Notes under the pieces: model-generated | What the model was told of the DNA's origin: nothing | Seen by the model: only the letters and a program-made list of their open reading frames with translations | The model's database searches: none | Shown here: in pieces, positions 9,583 through 19,827 of the stretch | How positions within the stretch are numbered: the first letter of the stretch is position 1 | Layout of the letters: each line of letters starts with the position of its first letter | Source of the DNA: an uncultured Verrucomicrobiota bacterium | GTDB lineage: Bacteria > Verrucomicrobiota > Kiritimatiellia > CAIQIC01 > Lenti-01 | NCBI GenBank assembly: GCA_964567795.1 | Contig: CAZMOR010000043.1 | Span: forward strand, 1-47,258 | Direction of reading: 5' to 3' | Length of the DNA stretch: 47,258 bases | Position numbers and translations under genes: made by a program

Positions 9583-10490
9583 TTCCGGGCCCCCGCCTCC
9601 CGGCACAACCGGAGCCACACTCCGGCTTGATAAGCCAGTTTTCCCGCGGCCAGGAACGGCAGGAACAACGGCCAGCGGCAGTCCACACCGCGCATTTCCC
9701 AAGCTTGCCGCAAGGTCAACAACGCGGCATAAGGCAGGCCGAAAACCGGATATAACCAGGGCTGCGAAAAACGGACGGCCAGTTGCGCGGCCGGCCCCAG
9801 AACCGCGGCATGCCGGCGCTGAACCGCCAGCCCGCTCAACCAGCCGGAACGATATGACTGTGCAAAAATGCCGCGCATCCTCCCGCGCCGGTGGTCATGG
9901 GCGACCGTCACGCCCGCCTCGAAATAGCTTTTCCAGCCGGCGGCCTGCAGGCGCAACCCGAAATCCCAGTCCTCGGAAGCCAGGAGGGTTTCGTCGAATC
10001 CGCCCACCTGCCGGAAGATCTCCGTCCGAACCGTCAAAGCGCCTGAACCGAGATGGCGATAGCCAGAAATCCGGGACTGCGTGGCCGAGAAAATCACATA
10101 ATCGGCGCAACGGGACCAAAAACCTTCATCTGCCCCAACCACCCGGCAGGCCGCGGCCGCCACGTCGGTCCTGGTTTCAAGCACGCGCGAAAGAACCGCC
10201 ATCCAATCCGGCGGCGGCAGGCAGTCGTCGTCGATGAAATATAACGTGCGGCCGCGGGCGTGTGCGGCGCCCAGGTTGCGCATCCGGCCCGGTGCGAACA
10301 ATTCGCCGGTTTCAACCCAATTCAGTTCCATTCCGCCGGCACCCGGAGCAACGCCGGGGCGTACGGGCGTTGACACGATGATCTCCGTGCCGCCGGTCAG
10401 GCCGGTTTGCCGGTTCAAGGCGGCCAGCAGCGCCGGCAGCCGGTCCGGCCGCGCGCAAGGAACAATCACGCTGTGGAGGATGCCGCTCAT
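9579..10490 (-). CDS. GT2 family glycosyltransferase
   Basis: The ATG at 10490 gives MSGILHSVIVPCARPDRLPALLAALNRQT...YFIDDDCLPPPDW (GT-A fold with DDD motif). There are ATGA overlaps at both ends. The 385-aa track ORF is an N-terminal over-extension. Confidence 0.8.
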   Translation of the reverse strand: MSGILHSVIVPCARPDRLPALLAALNRQTGLTGGTEIIVSTPVRPGVAPGAGGMELNWVETGELFAPGRMRNLGAAHARGRTLYFIDDDCLPPPDWMAVLSRVLETRTDVAAAACRVVGADEGFWSRCADYVIFSATQSRISGYRHLGSGALTVRTEIFRQVGGFDETLLASEDWDFGLRLQAAGWKSYFEAGVTVAHDHRRGRMRGIFAQSYRSGWLSGLAVQRRHAAVLGPAAQLAVRFSQPWLYPVFGLPYAALLTLRQAWEMRGVDCRWPLFLPFLAAGKLAYQAGVWLRLCREAGARK

Positions 10491-11419
10491 CGCTTCCACC
10501 CCGCCCGGCCCAGACACCAGCCGAACACATACGCCATGTAGATGCGCGCCTGAATGCGGCGCGGCGCGCGGGCCAGGCCGAGCGAGGCCAGGAAATTGAG
10601 CGCTACCCGTACGAGCGCAGGTCCGCCCGCCGGCCCGGCGACGGGCGCGGCGGCCGCGGCCGTTCCGCCCGCGGGCGCCGTACGCCGGAGCATGGCATCC
10701 GAAACTCCACCCCAGAAATAGCGGCGATAGAACCAAGCCGGATGAGTCCGGTCGGGCGTTACCCGGTGCCGCACTGCCGCGGCCGGTGCATAATACAGAT
10801 AGCCGCCTGCCTCCTCGATGCGCCGCTGCAGCAGGGTTTCCTCGCCGGACAGCAGGCAGGTCCCCTTGCGCCCGAGCCGTTCGTCAAAACCATCCAACAG
10901 TTCGAGGCATTTCCTGGAATAAAAGCAGTTGGCGCCAATGATCCATTCCGACGGCAGCAGCTTGCGCGGCGTGGAACCCCAATCCACTTCTCCCAGCGGT
11001 TGGCGCAGGGGCGCATTCATCCACGCAGGCTCCGGCGTGTCCCATTGCAGCTGCACCGGCCCGCCCAGGCCGGCAGGCGGCGGCGTGACCGATTGAATAG
11101 CCGCCAGAGCCGCGGTCAGCCAGCCTTCGCCGGCGATGGCGTCATCGTCGAGATAAGCGATGAATTCACCCTGGGCCGCCCGCCAGCCGGTGTTGCGGGC
11201 GTGCGACAGTCCCGGCACGGGATCGAAAATGCGTTGCACGCCCCGGGCTTGATACGAATGGCAAACAGCCATCGTGTCATCGGTGGAAGCATTGTCCACC
11301 ACGATGATTTCATACCGTTCGCGGGGCAGATCCTGGCGCAAGAGGCTGTCCAGGCAGGCGGGCAGATAAGCCGCCCGGTTGTGGGTGCAGATGACCACGG
11401 TGATGTCCGGCATGGTCAT
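10487..11419 (-). CDS. GT2 family glycosyltransferase
   Basis: The ATG at 11419 gives MTMPDITVVICTHNRAAYLPACLDSLLRQDLPRERYEIIVVDNASTDDT...IAYLDDDA. It has an ATGA overlap with the upstream gene. Confidence 0.85.
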   Translation of the reverse strand: MTMPDITVVICTHNRAAYLPACLDSLLRQDLPRERYEIIVVDNASTDDTMAVCHSYQARGVQRIFDPVPGLSHARNTGWRAAQGEFIAYLDDDAIAGEGWLTAALAAIQSVTPPPAGLGGPVQLQWDTPEPAWMNAPLRQPLGEVDWGSTPRKLLPSEWIIGANCFYSRKCLELLDGFDERLGRKGTCLLSGEETLLQRRIEEAGGYLYYAPAAAVRHRVTPDRTHPAWFYRRYFWGGVSDAMLRRTAPAGGTAAAAAPVAGPAGGPALVRVALNFLASLGLARAPRRIQARIYMAYVFGWCLGRAGWKR

Positions 11420-12456
11420 GGCGCGGCTCCCTTGTTCGAACCGGAACGCAGCGCCACACGAAGCAGGGCGGCCCATTCGCGGACCGAGGTCGGACGCGCG
11501 CGGCGCAACGAAGATCCGGCATAACGCCGCAACATCTCACGGCCAACCGGACCGGCATGATAGCAGGCGCTGTACCAGATGCCCGCCACGATCCGGCGCA
11601 AGGCGGCGCGATCGTACCGGCCGGCGCGGTCATTGGCGGCGAGCAGTTGCTGCAGCCAGCCTTCCGCCCGCTCCAGGGTTGCGGCATCGCCGATCGGGAA
11701 GCAGCCACCGCGGCCGAGGTTGCGGTGAAAGCGCAGAGTCGCGTCGTCCACGGCCAAGCCCAAGGCCTGCAACTCCCGGCCGGCCACGCGGGCGGCACAC
11801 GCATCCATGCTCCCCCATTCCGTCCCGGTCAGGCTCGCGCCATGCACGCGGTAGCGCAGCACCACGCGATCCAGATTGGCCACGGGGAACAGGCGCGCCG
11901 CGCGGCTCCACAGCTCGTAGTCGTCGGCCGGGCAAAAGGCGGGATCGAAACGCAGTCCGTGCCGCTCGATCCATTCGCGGCGCATCATCACGGTGGGATG
12001 CACGAACGGACTGTCGAACAGCAAGTAAGCCTGGATTTCGGCATGTGTCATGGGGGGCCGGAAATAAGCTCCCCGGCGCAGGCCGAAGGCCGTGGCCAGG
12101 CCGCCGCTCAACCCGATGTCCGGATGCGCCTGCATGAAGGCGCGCTGGCAGGCAAGCCGGTCCGGCAGGGCAATGTCGTCCGCATCCATGCGGGCGATCA
12201 AGCTGCCGCGCGCATGGTCGAGACCGAGATTCAGGGCGCCGGAGAACCGCAGCCGCTCGCGGCTCTTCAACAGCCGCAGTCGTGGATCGCCGAAACTTTC
12301 GAGAATTTCGACCGTGCGGTCGTCCGAGGCGTCGTCCACCACGAGAAATTCAAAATCGCGGAAAGTCTGGTTCAGGATGCTGGCCGCCGCTTCGCGGACA
12401 TGCGGCTCCCCGTTGTGCACGGGCATCAATACCGTGATTTCCGGAATCCGGTCCAT
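11416..12456 (-). CDS. GT2 family glycosyltransferase
   Basis: The ATG at 12456 gives MDRIPEITVLMPVHNGEPHVREAAASILNQTFRDFEFLVVDDASDDRT...IARMDADD. The start lies 2 nt downstream of the preceding gene's stop. Confidence 0.85.
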   Translation of the reverse strand: MDRIPEITVLMPVHNGEPHVREAAASILNQTFRDFEFLVVDDASDDRTVEILESFGDPRLRLLKSRERLRFSGALNLGLDHARGSLIARMDADDIALPDRLACQRAFMQAHPDIGLSGGLATAFGLRRGAYFRPPMTHAEIQAYLLFDSPFVHPTVMMRREWIERHGLRFDPAFCPADDYELWSRAARLFPVANLDRVVLRYRVHGASLTGTEWGSMDACAARVAGRELQALGLAVDDATLRFHRNLGRGGCFPIGDAATLERAEGWLQQLLAANDRAGRYDRAALRRIVAGIWYSACYHAGPVGREMLRRYAGSSLRRARPTSVREWAALLRVALRSGSNKGAAP

Positions 12457-12458
12457 GT

Positions 12459-13592
12459 TCAGGCCTCCCCCGGACGCTGAACCAATTGACCGAAGAGTTC
12501 CGCATGCCGCTGCAGCCAGGGCCGGACATCCAGCGCTTCCTCGGCGCGTTGGCGGGCGGACCGGGCGTAGGCCGGCAGATTCCCGGCAATGGCATGCAGG
12601 GCCTCCGCCAGCGCTTCCGGTTCGGGGGCATGATCCTGCTCGTAGTCGCAGGGCGCCGGCAGGCCGATTCCGGCGGCATCCCCCACCAGTTCCGGCATGC
12701 CGCCGCTGGCGGAATACACCACCGGCAGGCCGCAAGCGAGCGCTTCCGCCGCCAGCCGCGGACAAGGATCGGCATATTTCGTATGCAGCAGGACGTGGGC
12801 GCGGCGCAGCAGCGCCGCCGCTTCCGTCTGGCGATAAGGACCATCGAATTCCACGGCCTCACCCATGCCCAACTGCGCCGCGAGCCCGCGCGCCTCGGCC
12901 AGGGCCGCGGCCGGATCGGACCGCCAGACATAGCGCCCGGCAACCAGCAGGCGCGCCTCCGGCAGGCGCCGGCGCAGCAAGGCAAACGCCTCGAGCGCCA
13001 CCCGCACGCGATACTCGAAATGATGGCTGCCCGCCAGCAGGATGACAAACCGCCCCGGCGCCGGATCCGCCGGCGCCGGGCTGAATACCTTTGTATCCAC
13101 CGGATTCAAGAGCACTTCGCTGTTTCCGTGAAAAGGAGCCAGGAACCGGTCGGCCGTCTCCCGGCAGAACCGGCTCTGGTACACCACATGATCCGCCAGT
13201 TCCAGCACTTGCCGCATCGGCCGATTGTGCTTCCGCCAGCCGACCGGCAGCCAGCCGGGATAGCCCACGCCGTTCTGGTTCAAGACCACCTTCACGCCGG
13301 CGCGGCGCGCCAAACGCGCCAGCCGCGGCGCAAATTGCGGCAGGGAACTGCTGATCAAGTACAGCACGTTCGCCCCGCGCGGGGTGTTGGGAAAGCGGGT
13401 TTGCAGATCCTGTGCCTTGATGATACCGCCCGAACCGAATTCCTGCGGGCCCGGCAGCCGGTCGAATCCGTAGAAAACCCGGGGCGTGCCGCCTGTTGCG
13501 GGCCGGACCCAGCGCCGGAGATCGCGCGGCAGCGTGGCGGCATAGAGCAGGCTGTCAACCAGGCCGGACCATGCGGGGTGCGGCGCGCTCAT
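12459..13592 (-). CDS. GT4 (GT-B) family glycosyltransferase
   Basis: 377 aa. The C-terminal half reads LLHTKYADPCPRLAAEALACGLPVVYSASGGMPELVGD (GT1/GT4 nucleotide-sugar binding signature). The ATG at 13592 overlaps the upstream stop (ATGA). Confidence 0.8.
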   Translation of the reverse strand: MSAPHPAWSGLVDSLLYAATLPRDLRRWVRPATGGTPRVFYGFDRLPGPQEFGSGGIIKAQDLQTRFPNTPRGANVLYLISSSLPQFAPRLARLARRAGVKVVLNQNGVGYPGWLPVGWRKHNRPMRQVLELADHVVYQSRFCRETADRFLAPFHGNSEVLLNPVDTKVFSPAPADPAPGRFVILLAGSHHFEYRVRVALEAFALLRRRLPEARLLVAGRYVWRSDPAAALAEARGLAAQLGMGEAVEFDGPYRQTEAAALLRRAHVLLHTKYADPCPRLAAEALACGLPVVYSASGGMPELVGDAAGIGLPAPCDYEQDHAPEPEALAEALHAIAGNLPAYARSARQRAEEALDVRPWLQRHAELFGQLVQRPGEA

Positions 13593-14659
13593 GCCAGGAC
13601 CCCTTTCATGAACACCGCGTGCTCCGCCGCCACCGCTTCGGTGGCATAGTGTTTCTCCACCACCTTGCGGGCGGCGGCCTCCTCGGCGGTCCAGTCCAGG
13701 CGCCCCTCCAACAACCGGTCAAAGGCCGCGCGCCACTCCTCGGCGGTCGCACACAACCAGACGCCCGCCCCGCCGGACCGTTCGGCCACGTCGCGGTAAC
13801 TGGGCACGGGCCCCGCCAGGGCGAGCCGCCCGCACGCCATCGCCAGCGTGATTTTCCATTCGGTATGCCCGAGATTGTAGCTGTTGTCCGCAAAACGGGG
13901 CGACAGGCAAATGCAGCGGTGCGCGGCATAAAACGCCAGCAGGTCCGCCACGGAAGTATAGGGCTGTATCCGGTGCGGCACGTCCGCCAGCAGGCGGTCG
14001 AACCGCGCACGCAGATCCGGCTTCCAGGAATCCAGGGCGTTCAGCGAATTCGTAACCAGCGTCAGCCGGATGCGGGCACCCAGTCCGCGCAACTCTTCTT
14101 CAATGGCCAGCAGTTCGAACAACTTGACGGCCTGTCCGGACCAAACCAGTTCCAAGGGGCCGGAGCCGGCGGCCGCCGGCCCGCGCGGGGGCACAAGTTC
14201 CAGATTTATGTTGTCCGGAATCCACCGCACCACCGGATTCAGCGCCGCGCACCGTTCCGCCAGGAAACGGGAATCGGCAATGACCGCGTCGCAGCCGCGG
14301 GTCATGTCCTCAGCTTCCCGCCGCTGTTGCTCCGTCGGCGCCATGCCGTCATAGTAGAAGGTGCCGTCGCGGTCGTAGTAATTCACGTTGGCGTCGAAGA
14401 CCGTTTGGAGTCCGGCGCGGCGGGCGCGGTCGCGCAAGGCGCGGTCGCGCGGGCCCATGGCCTTGACGAACACCAGCGCATCGTAACGGCGCCAGGGCCG
14501 GTACAACTCGTATCGCAGGCCGAATTCCGGGCGCCGGTTGACGGCCGCGGCAATCCAGCCGAAGCGCATGAGACCGAAATCCCCTTCCGGAATCCGGTCC
14601 GCGTGCAGCAGCCGGATCTGGCGCAGCTGGTTGCCAATGATGAAACCGATGCGCTTCAT
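13589..14659 (-). CDS. Putative GT-B-like glycosyltransferase or hypothetical protein
   Basis: The ATG at 14659 (MKRIGFIIGNQL...) has an ATGA overlap. It shows a two-Rossmann-like pattern (VFVKAMG..., LELVWSGQAVK...) but no strong signature. The function is inferred from context. Confidence 0.5.
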   Translation of the reverse strand: MKRIGFIIGNQLRQIRLLHADRIPEGDFGLMRFGWIAAAVNRRPEFGLRYELYRPWRRYDALVFVKAMGPRDRALRDRARRAGLQTVFDANVNYYDRDGTFYYDGMAPTEQQRREAEDMTRGCDAVIADSRFLAERCAALNPVVRWIPDNINLELVPPRGPAAAGSGPLELVWSGQAVKLFELLAIEEELRGLGARIRLTLVTNSLNALDSWKPDLRARFDRLLADVPHRIQPYTSVADLLAFYAAHRCICLSPRFADNSYNLGHTEWKITLAMACGRLALAGPVPSYRDVAERSGGAGVWLCATAEEWRAAFDRLLEGRLDWTAEEAAARKVVEKHYATEAVAAEHAVFMKGVLA

Positions 14660-15459
14660 GCGGGCCGGCCTCCGCCGTCCGGAAAAAAAGCGCGGACATC
14701 CTCCGTGCACCGGGGTCCCTGGCGGTAACTGGTGTCCTTATAGGCAGAAACTGCCGGCCGGCCCAGGCCTGCGGCCAGAACCCGGCGGAGGCGCGCGCGC
14801 CAGCCGCCGCGCCAGGATTCCGACACATTGGGCCGTGCCCCGGCCGCCGCCTGCCGGGAACTGCGGGCCAGGAATGCCATGTGCAGGCAGCGGAAATCGG
14901 ACGTCGCCCAATCGGCATGCTCGAAGAACCGGTACTGGCGCTCCCCGGAAAAACCGGCGCGGAAGCGCTGGACACCGCCATGCAGCCGCTGGCCACAGCC
15001 GGTCCAGGATTCGAGCGCCGCAAAATTGTAGAGCTTGGTTGCTGTCCGGGAAGGCGGACCACGGTAGCCCGAGGCGATGTTCCGGACCTCGTCCAGGGAT
15101 TCGCAATGCAGTGTGTGGCCGACGATGCGCCAGCAATCGGCATGCGCGCCGGCCAGCAGATCCCGCCGGAGCCGCGCCAAGCCCTGCGGGTCGTAAATCT
15201 CGTCGCCATCCACCCCGAACACCCACGTGTCGGTGCCGGCCAATGCAGCCACCAAATCGTGGGATTCGGATGGATGCGCAACCGTGCGGAGTTCGATGCG
15301 GCCGGTTTCCCGCCACGACTCCAGAATGGCGGGCGTGCCGTCGGTTGAACCATTGTCCGCCACGATCATGCGGTCGCAGAAGCCCGCGATGTTCCGGAGC
15401 ACGCGGTCCAGGAAACGGTCCTCGTTGCGGATCAGCAGAATGGCCACGATGGATGTCAT
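14656..15459 (-). CDS. GT2-like glycosyltransferase
   Basis: The ATG at 15459 gives MTSIVAILLIRNEDRFLDRVLRNIAGFCDRMIVADNGSTDGTPAILE...GVDGDEIY (GT-A DxD). ATGA overlaps at both ends. Confidence 0.75.
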   Translation of the reverse strand: MTSIVAILLIRNEDRFLDRVLRNIAGFCDRMIVADNGSTDGTPAILESWRETGRIELRTVAHPSESHDLVAALAGTDTWVFGVDGDEIYDPQGLARLRRDLLAGAHADCWRIVGHTLHCESLDEVRNIASGYRGPPSRTATKLYNFAALESWTGCGQRLHGGVQRFRAGFSGERQYRFFEHADWATSDFRCLHMAFLARSSRQAAAGARPNVSESWRGGWRARLRRVLAAGLGRPAVSAYKDTSYRQGPRCTEDVRAFFPDGGGRPA

Positions 15460-16988
15460 CGCGAATCCCGGCTCCACCGGACCAGGCGATAGGCCGCATT
15501 GCTAAAGACACATTCCGAAGCCGGAGGCAGAGGCGTGTTTGCCGTCACGGGATCCATTAAGACCAGCGAAACCGTGCCCGCCGGATCCAGCGCGGCCAGC
15601 GGCCGGGGATCGCCGTCGTACCAGGCCCGGGCGGCCTGCCAGCGGGCTCTCCATTCGAGGATTTCCACGTCTCGGTAGGGATGGGTTTTGCGATCGATCC
15701 AGACGGGCACGCGGGCATCCAGGCGGAATTCCTCCAGATGCGGAGGAATCAACAACACGCCGCCGGGCGACAACCGGGCCGGCACCGCCGCCAGCAATTC
15801 CTGATACTGCGGATCTTTTGCGACCCGGAGCTGCCGCCCCCCCAGAACGCCCAGAACCGCGGCCAGGAGACTGGCCCCCACGCCCATCACGGCCAGCACC
15901 GCCATGACATTCCGTCCCGCCGGCCGGCGGCCAACGATCTCCGCGAGCCAACCGGCAATCAACGCCAGCGATACCGGAACGAGCCACACCGACACCCGCC
16001 ACGGAAAAAGCAGCGCCAGCGAAGCATTCCGGAACAACCCGGCGGCCAGCGAAAGAACCAGGGCTCCGGCCACGGGCACCAGCAACACGCGTCGCAACGG
16101 CTGCTTCCAGACGCAGGCGAGGCCCGCCATTACCAAACCGATTTTCAACCATGCCAGGCGGGTCCACCAGAAAGCGGGATCGGCATGCTGGGGAATCCGC
16201 TCGGAAAACAGGATGTTTTGCGCGACGGCAAACACCTCCGGACCGGTTGGCCGGAAACGCAGGAAATTGAAAACCACGAACGGCAACATGACCGCGGCGC
16301 CGCCCGCCAGCAAGCCGATGGCCCGGCGCGGATTTTTTCCCTCCGCCCACGCCGCCCAGGCGATGCCGGCGATCAGCATGGCGGCGCCCAGCATGTACGA
16401 CGCATGAAACGCCTGGGCGGCCACGGCGCAGGCGATCGCGGCCACCGGCCGCTGGCGGGCAGCCAAGGCCACGGCCAAAACCAGCAGCACGCCGAAGACG
16501 CAGGGTTGCCAGACGGGTCCGAGGACGTATTGGCTGGCCAGCCCGCTGGTCCAGAATTCCGGAGTCCACGGATCGTGGAGATTCCGCGCCAGGAAGTTGA
16601 ATTGCATGGAATGCAACAGGACCAGAAAGGCCATGACGGCGGTCCGGCCCGGCCAGCCGGAAGCCGGTGTCGCCATCCGCACCAGCTGCCACAGCGCCGC
16701 GCCATAAACCAGCAACATGCCTCCGTAAGCCACCTGCAGGAAAACCGGAGCAAGCTGCATCAACGCCACGGATAGACCGGTGAACAAAGGAAAGGGATCC
16801 AGGGTGCGCACTACCCAGTCCTGCGCCAATCCGGCGGGTTCCACCTGCGCCACCGCGTGAAGCAAATAGGTATTCTGGTTGCCGGAATACAGCGGCAGTT
16901 GGCCATGGGCCAGGGCGAACAGCCCGCCCCACCCCGCCGGCTCAAGGATTCGTGCCAGGCGGACCAGAATGGATCGCGGCACGTTCAT
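15456..16988 (-). CDS. Polytopic membrane protein (putative O-antigen polymerase/ligase-like or GT-C-like)
   Basis: 510 aa, with about 11-12 hydrophobic helices and then a soluble tail of about 110 aa. The ATG at 16988 overlaps the upstream stop (ATGA). No specific family recognised. Confidence 0.55.
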   Translation of the reverse strand: MNVPRSILVRLARILEPAGWGGLFALAHGQLPLYSGNQNTYLLHAVAQVEPAGLAQDWVVRTLDPFPLFTGLSVALMQLAPVFLQVAYGGMLLVYGAALWQLVRMATPASGWPGRTAVMAFLVLLHSMQFNFLARNLHDPWTPEFWTSGLASQYVLGPVWQPCVFGVLLVLAVALAARQRPVAAIACAVAAQAFHASYMLGAAMLIAGIAWAAWAEGKNPRRAIGLLAGGAAVMLPFVVFNFLRFRPTGPEVFAVAQNILFSERIPQHADPAFWWTRLAWLKIGLVMAGLACVWKQPLRRVLLVPVAGALVLSLAAGLFRNASLALLFPWRVSVWLVPVSLALIAGWLAEIVGRRPAGRNVMAVLAVMGVGASLLAAVLGVLGGRQLRVAKDPQYQELLAAVPARLSPGGVLLIPPHLEEFRLDARVPVWIDRKTHPYRDVEILEWRARWQAARAWYDGDPRPLAALDPAGTVSLVLMDPVTANTPLPPASECVFSNAAYRLVRWSRDSR

Positions 16989-17743
16989 GCGCGCCGGCGT
17001 TCCTGCATGTTCATGATCCAGTGGTTCAGGCGGGCGCGCCAGGACCGGTAGAACCGGATTTTCTTGGGATCAAAACCAAAATCCCGAAAGGCGCGCCATT
17101 CGCGCGACACGTCGGACAGGCCATGAATGAGGTACACCTCCCGCCGGGCTTCAGGATGCGCCGCCAGCCAGTCCCAGTTGACGATTTTCGGATTCATGTC
17201 GAACCCGTCCGCCAGCTGTTTTTCCTTGGTCATCGCCAACGCTTCGGTCCAGGCCCGCTCGTCGTGGAACCATTTGTTGTAGAGCAGGTCCAGGAAGCGG
17301 TCCCAGTCGCAGGACCGGTCGTAATATACGCAACCGCAGCCCACCACCTTGTTCGCTGCGTGATAGTTGGGCATGAACAGGAAGCGGGGCGCCCGGCCGA
17401 GCCAGTCGGTCAGGGCCGCGTCCGGCGGGCGCACCGCCAGGATGTCGAAATCGCAATACAGGATGGCGCCGAACCGCTGCACGGCCAGATGCGCCCACCA
17501 TCCCTTGCAATTCCACATCGGGTTGGCCCGCACGACGGCCGGCATGTCGCGGTCCACCACGATCTCGCCGAAATATTTGGCAAATGGGCGGGCCTGACGT
17601 TCGCAGGTGGAATCCACATACAGCAGGGCGTTTTTCCAGAATTCCGGATTTTGCCGGACGGTCCAGCGCAGTTCCGCCAGCGCCGCATCGAATCCCCGGG
17701 GAGCATAGAACAATCCGGCGACAACCTGCAGCGGGGCGCTCAT
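16985..17743 (-). CDS. Putative DxD-motif (GT-A/GT32-like) glycosyltransferase
   Basis: 252 aa. KGWWAHLAVQRFGAILYCDFDILAVRPPD resembles the sugar-transferase DxD region of GT32-type enzymes. ATGA overlaps at both ends. Weak assignment. Confidence 0.45.
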   Translation of the reverse strand: MSAPLQVVAGLFYAPRGFDAALAELRWTVRQNPEFWKNALLYVDSTCERQARPFAKYFGEIVVDRDMPAVVRANPMWNCKGWWAHLAVQRFGAILYCDFDILAVRPPDAALTDWLGRAPRFLFMPNYHAANKVVGCGCVYYDRSCDWDRFLDLLYNKWFHDERAWTEALAMTKEKQLADGFDMNPKIVNWDWLAAHPEARREVYLIHGLSDVSREWRAFRDFGFDPKKIRFYRSWRARLNHWIMNMQERRRA

Positions 17744-18864
17744 GTGGATTTCCTCGCAACCAGCGCCAGGTCACGAATCCGGTCGGCATAGGCCATGGCC
17801 ATGCGGTCGCCGTCGGGCGCCGCCGCCAGCACGCGCCGGCGATACTCGGCGTAATCCGTGCGCAGGGTGTGGATGGCCACGGCGGGATCGTCGCGAAACC
17901 CCACGCCGTAGCGCCGGCCGGCCTCGACGATGCCGCCGCCATCCTCATGATATGCCATGGGCAGGCCGCACTGCGCGGCCTCGACATGGTGCATGCCGCA
18001 CGGTTCCCACAAACTGGCCGTGATATGGGCGTGGCATTGGCGCAGCAGTCCCGCCAGGCGCCGGCCGCTGACCGCCGGGAAGGTCCGCGCCGCGCGCCAG
18101 CGGATCGCCGCCGGCCAGCGGCCAATGATCCACAATTCCACGCCCGGAAGTGCTCCGTCCGCGATCATGCGGTCCACCTGCTCATAGACCGGGAATCCCT
18201 TCATCGGATTGTCCGACCAGTGGTGCGTGCAGATCCGGAACGGCTGCCCGTCGACGTACGGCAACTGCCCGACGGGATGGAAGATCGCGGGATCGGCGCC
18301 GTTGTATATGACGGAATGGGGCCGCGCCGGGTCGAACCAGCGTTCCATAAAATAGCCTTGCAGCCATTCCGAAATAAATACGGTGTGGTCCGCCAATTGG
18401 TTGGCCTCTTTCAGCAGGGGATCCATAAACGTGGTCTGCTTGCGCTGATCACATTCGTTGATGCGATGCAGAACCTGGACCCGGGGATGCCGCTGCTTGT
18501 AATCCCGGATTTCCGCCGGACCGAACGCCTTGCTTTCCAGATCCTCGCGCGGATCGATCAAAACAATGACATCCACGTCTCCGCGCAGGTGGTATTGCAC
18601 GCGGCAGCCCCGGCGCCGGAGGCAGGCGGCCAGTTGATGCACGAAAACACTGCTGCCGCCCCATGGTCCGAACACTGGCCGCATGCTGACGGCCACCGTG
18701 AACACCGGCGGGGCGGTCCAGGCTTCCCAACCAGCCCGACCCAGCCCCTGCAGCTTCCGGCCGCAATGAAGCGCACCGGCGAAGGCCCGGTTGGCTGCGG
18801 CACGCAACGAAGACATGGCCAGGGGCGCGGCGACGGTTTCGGCCTGGATCGTTTTCTCGTTCAT
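17740..18864 (-). CDS. GT4 (GT-B) family glycosyltransferase
   Basis: 374 aa. It contains VFTVAVSMRPVFGPWGGSSVFVHQLAACLRRRG (N-terminal Rossmann) and ITASLWEPCGMHHVEAAQCGLPMAYHEDGG (GT4-like C-terminal motif). The ATG at 18864 lies 9 nt after the upstream stop. Confidence 0.75.
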   Translation of the reverse strand: MNEKTIQAETVAAPLAMSSLRAAANRAFAGALHCGRKLQGLGRAGWEAWTAPPVFTVAVSMRPVFGPWGGSSVFVHQLAACLRRRGCRVQYHLRGDVDVIVLIDPREDLESKAFGPAEIRDYKQRHPRVQVLHRINECDQRKQTTFMDPLLKEANQLADHTVFISEWLQGYFMERWFDPARPHSVIYNGADPAIFHPVGQLPYVDGQPFRICTHHWSDNPMKGFPVYEQVDRMIADGALPGVELWIIGRWPAAIRWRAARTFPAVSGRRLAGLLRQCHAHITASLWEPCGMHHVEAAQCGLPMAYHEDGGGIVEAGRRYGVGFRDDPAVAIHTLRTDYAEYRRRVLAAAPDGDRMAMAYADRIRDLALVARKST

Positions 18865-18873
18865 GCTGGTCGC

Positions 18874-19827
18874 TCAACCAAGTCTTCCATAGCGCCACCG
18901 CTCGCGCAATCCCGGGCGAAGCTGTTCCGCGAGTTTCCACAGCCGGGCATAGGCCCGCCCCAGGCGGATGGAGCGGCGCAACAGACAGGACCAGGGCGAC
19001 CGCACCCGCCGCTGGCGCGCCAGTTCCAGAACCTCCCGAACGGCATCGGGATCGCCATACCGGAAGGCCCGCCGGAGCGCCAGATCCACCGCTTTCCCGC
19101 CGGCGTGGGCCGGCAGCACATCCACCGCCCCCGCCTGCCGCAACCGGTCGATGTGGTCCAGCGTGCAGGCCAAGCCCTTCATCAAGGTCAGGCGCCAATT
19201 GCCCGACACGTTGGCGGCATGCTGCTTCTTGCGCAGCACGACGGCATTGCAATACTTGAACTTGGCCAGCAGGCCGAGTCGAATGAACAGGTCCTGATCC
19301 TCGACGCCGTCGCGACGGCTGTCAAATCCGCCCGCCTGGCGAAACAGGTCGGCCTGGATCAACATCGCCCCGGGAGCGAGAATTTGAACCCGGAACAGAT
19401 TCGCCTGCATGGCGGCCGGCACGGGACCTTCGCAAGCCGCCGAGCCGGAGACCCGCCAGCCGCGGCCACCTTGCCGCTCCGTTTCAATCGCCCCGTAATA
19501 TACCGGAAAACCGGGATAGACCTCGGCCGTCCGCGCAAGACGCGCGAGGGCTTCCGGCGGCAAGTCGTCGTCCTGGTCGAGGAACAGCAGCCATTCGCCC
19601 GCGGCCGCCTGCGCCCCCCGGTTGCGCGCGGCGCTGACGCCCGCATTCGCCTGTGGGATCAGGCGCACGTCGGAAAAGGCGGCCACCACTTCTCGGGAGG
19701 CATCGGTACTGCCGTCATCCACCACGATGATCTCGCGTGGCGGGACCGTCTGGGCCTGGGCGCTGCGGATGGCCTCCGGGATCAGGGCCGCGCCGTTATA
19801 ACAGGCGATGATGACGGAAACGTTCAT
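18874..19827 (-). CDS. GT2 family glycosyltransferase
   Basis: The ATG at 19827 gives MNVSVIIACYNGAALIPEAIRSAQAQTVPPREIIVVDDGSTDAS...LLFLDQDD. It has an ATGA overlap with the Prim-Pol gene stop. Confidence 0.85.
   Translation of the reverse strand: MNVSVIIACYNGAALIPEAIRSAQAQTVPPREIIVVDDGSTDASREVVAAFSDVRLIPQANAGVSAARNRGAQAAAGEWLLFLDQDDDLPPEALARLARTAEVYPGFPVYYGAIETERQGGRGWRVSGSAACEGPVPAAMQANLFRVQILAPGAMLIQADLFRQAGGFDSRRDGVEDQDLFIRLGLLAKFKYCNAVVLRKKQHAANVSGNWRLTLMKGLACTLDHIDRLRQAGAVDVLPAHAGGKAVDLALRRAFRYGDPDAVREVLELARQRRVRSPWSCLLRRSIRLGRAYARLWKLAEQLRPGLRERWRYGRLG

Noticed and set aside
11416-12765. Long N-terminal extensions of many track ORFs (for example 449 aa versus 346 aa here; also 4766..5728, 9579..10736, 18874..19947, 30512..32233, 31932..32906, 23974..27660)
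   Set aside because: The extensions overlap the upstream gene, are Arg/Gly/Pro-rich and lack homology. In each case an internal ATG sits exactly at a 4-nt overlap with, or a few nt after, the upstream stop and begins the conserved domain.
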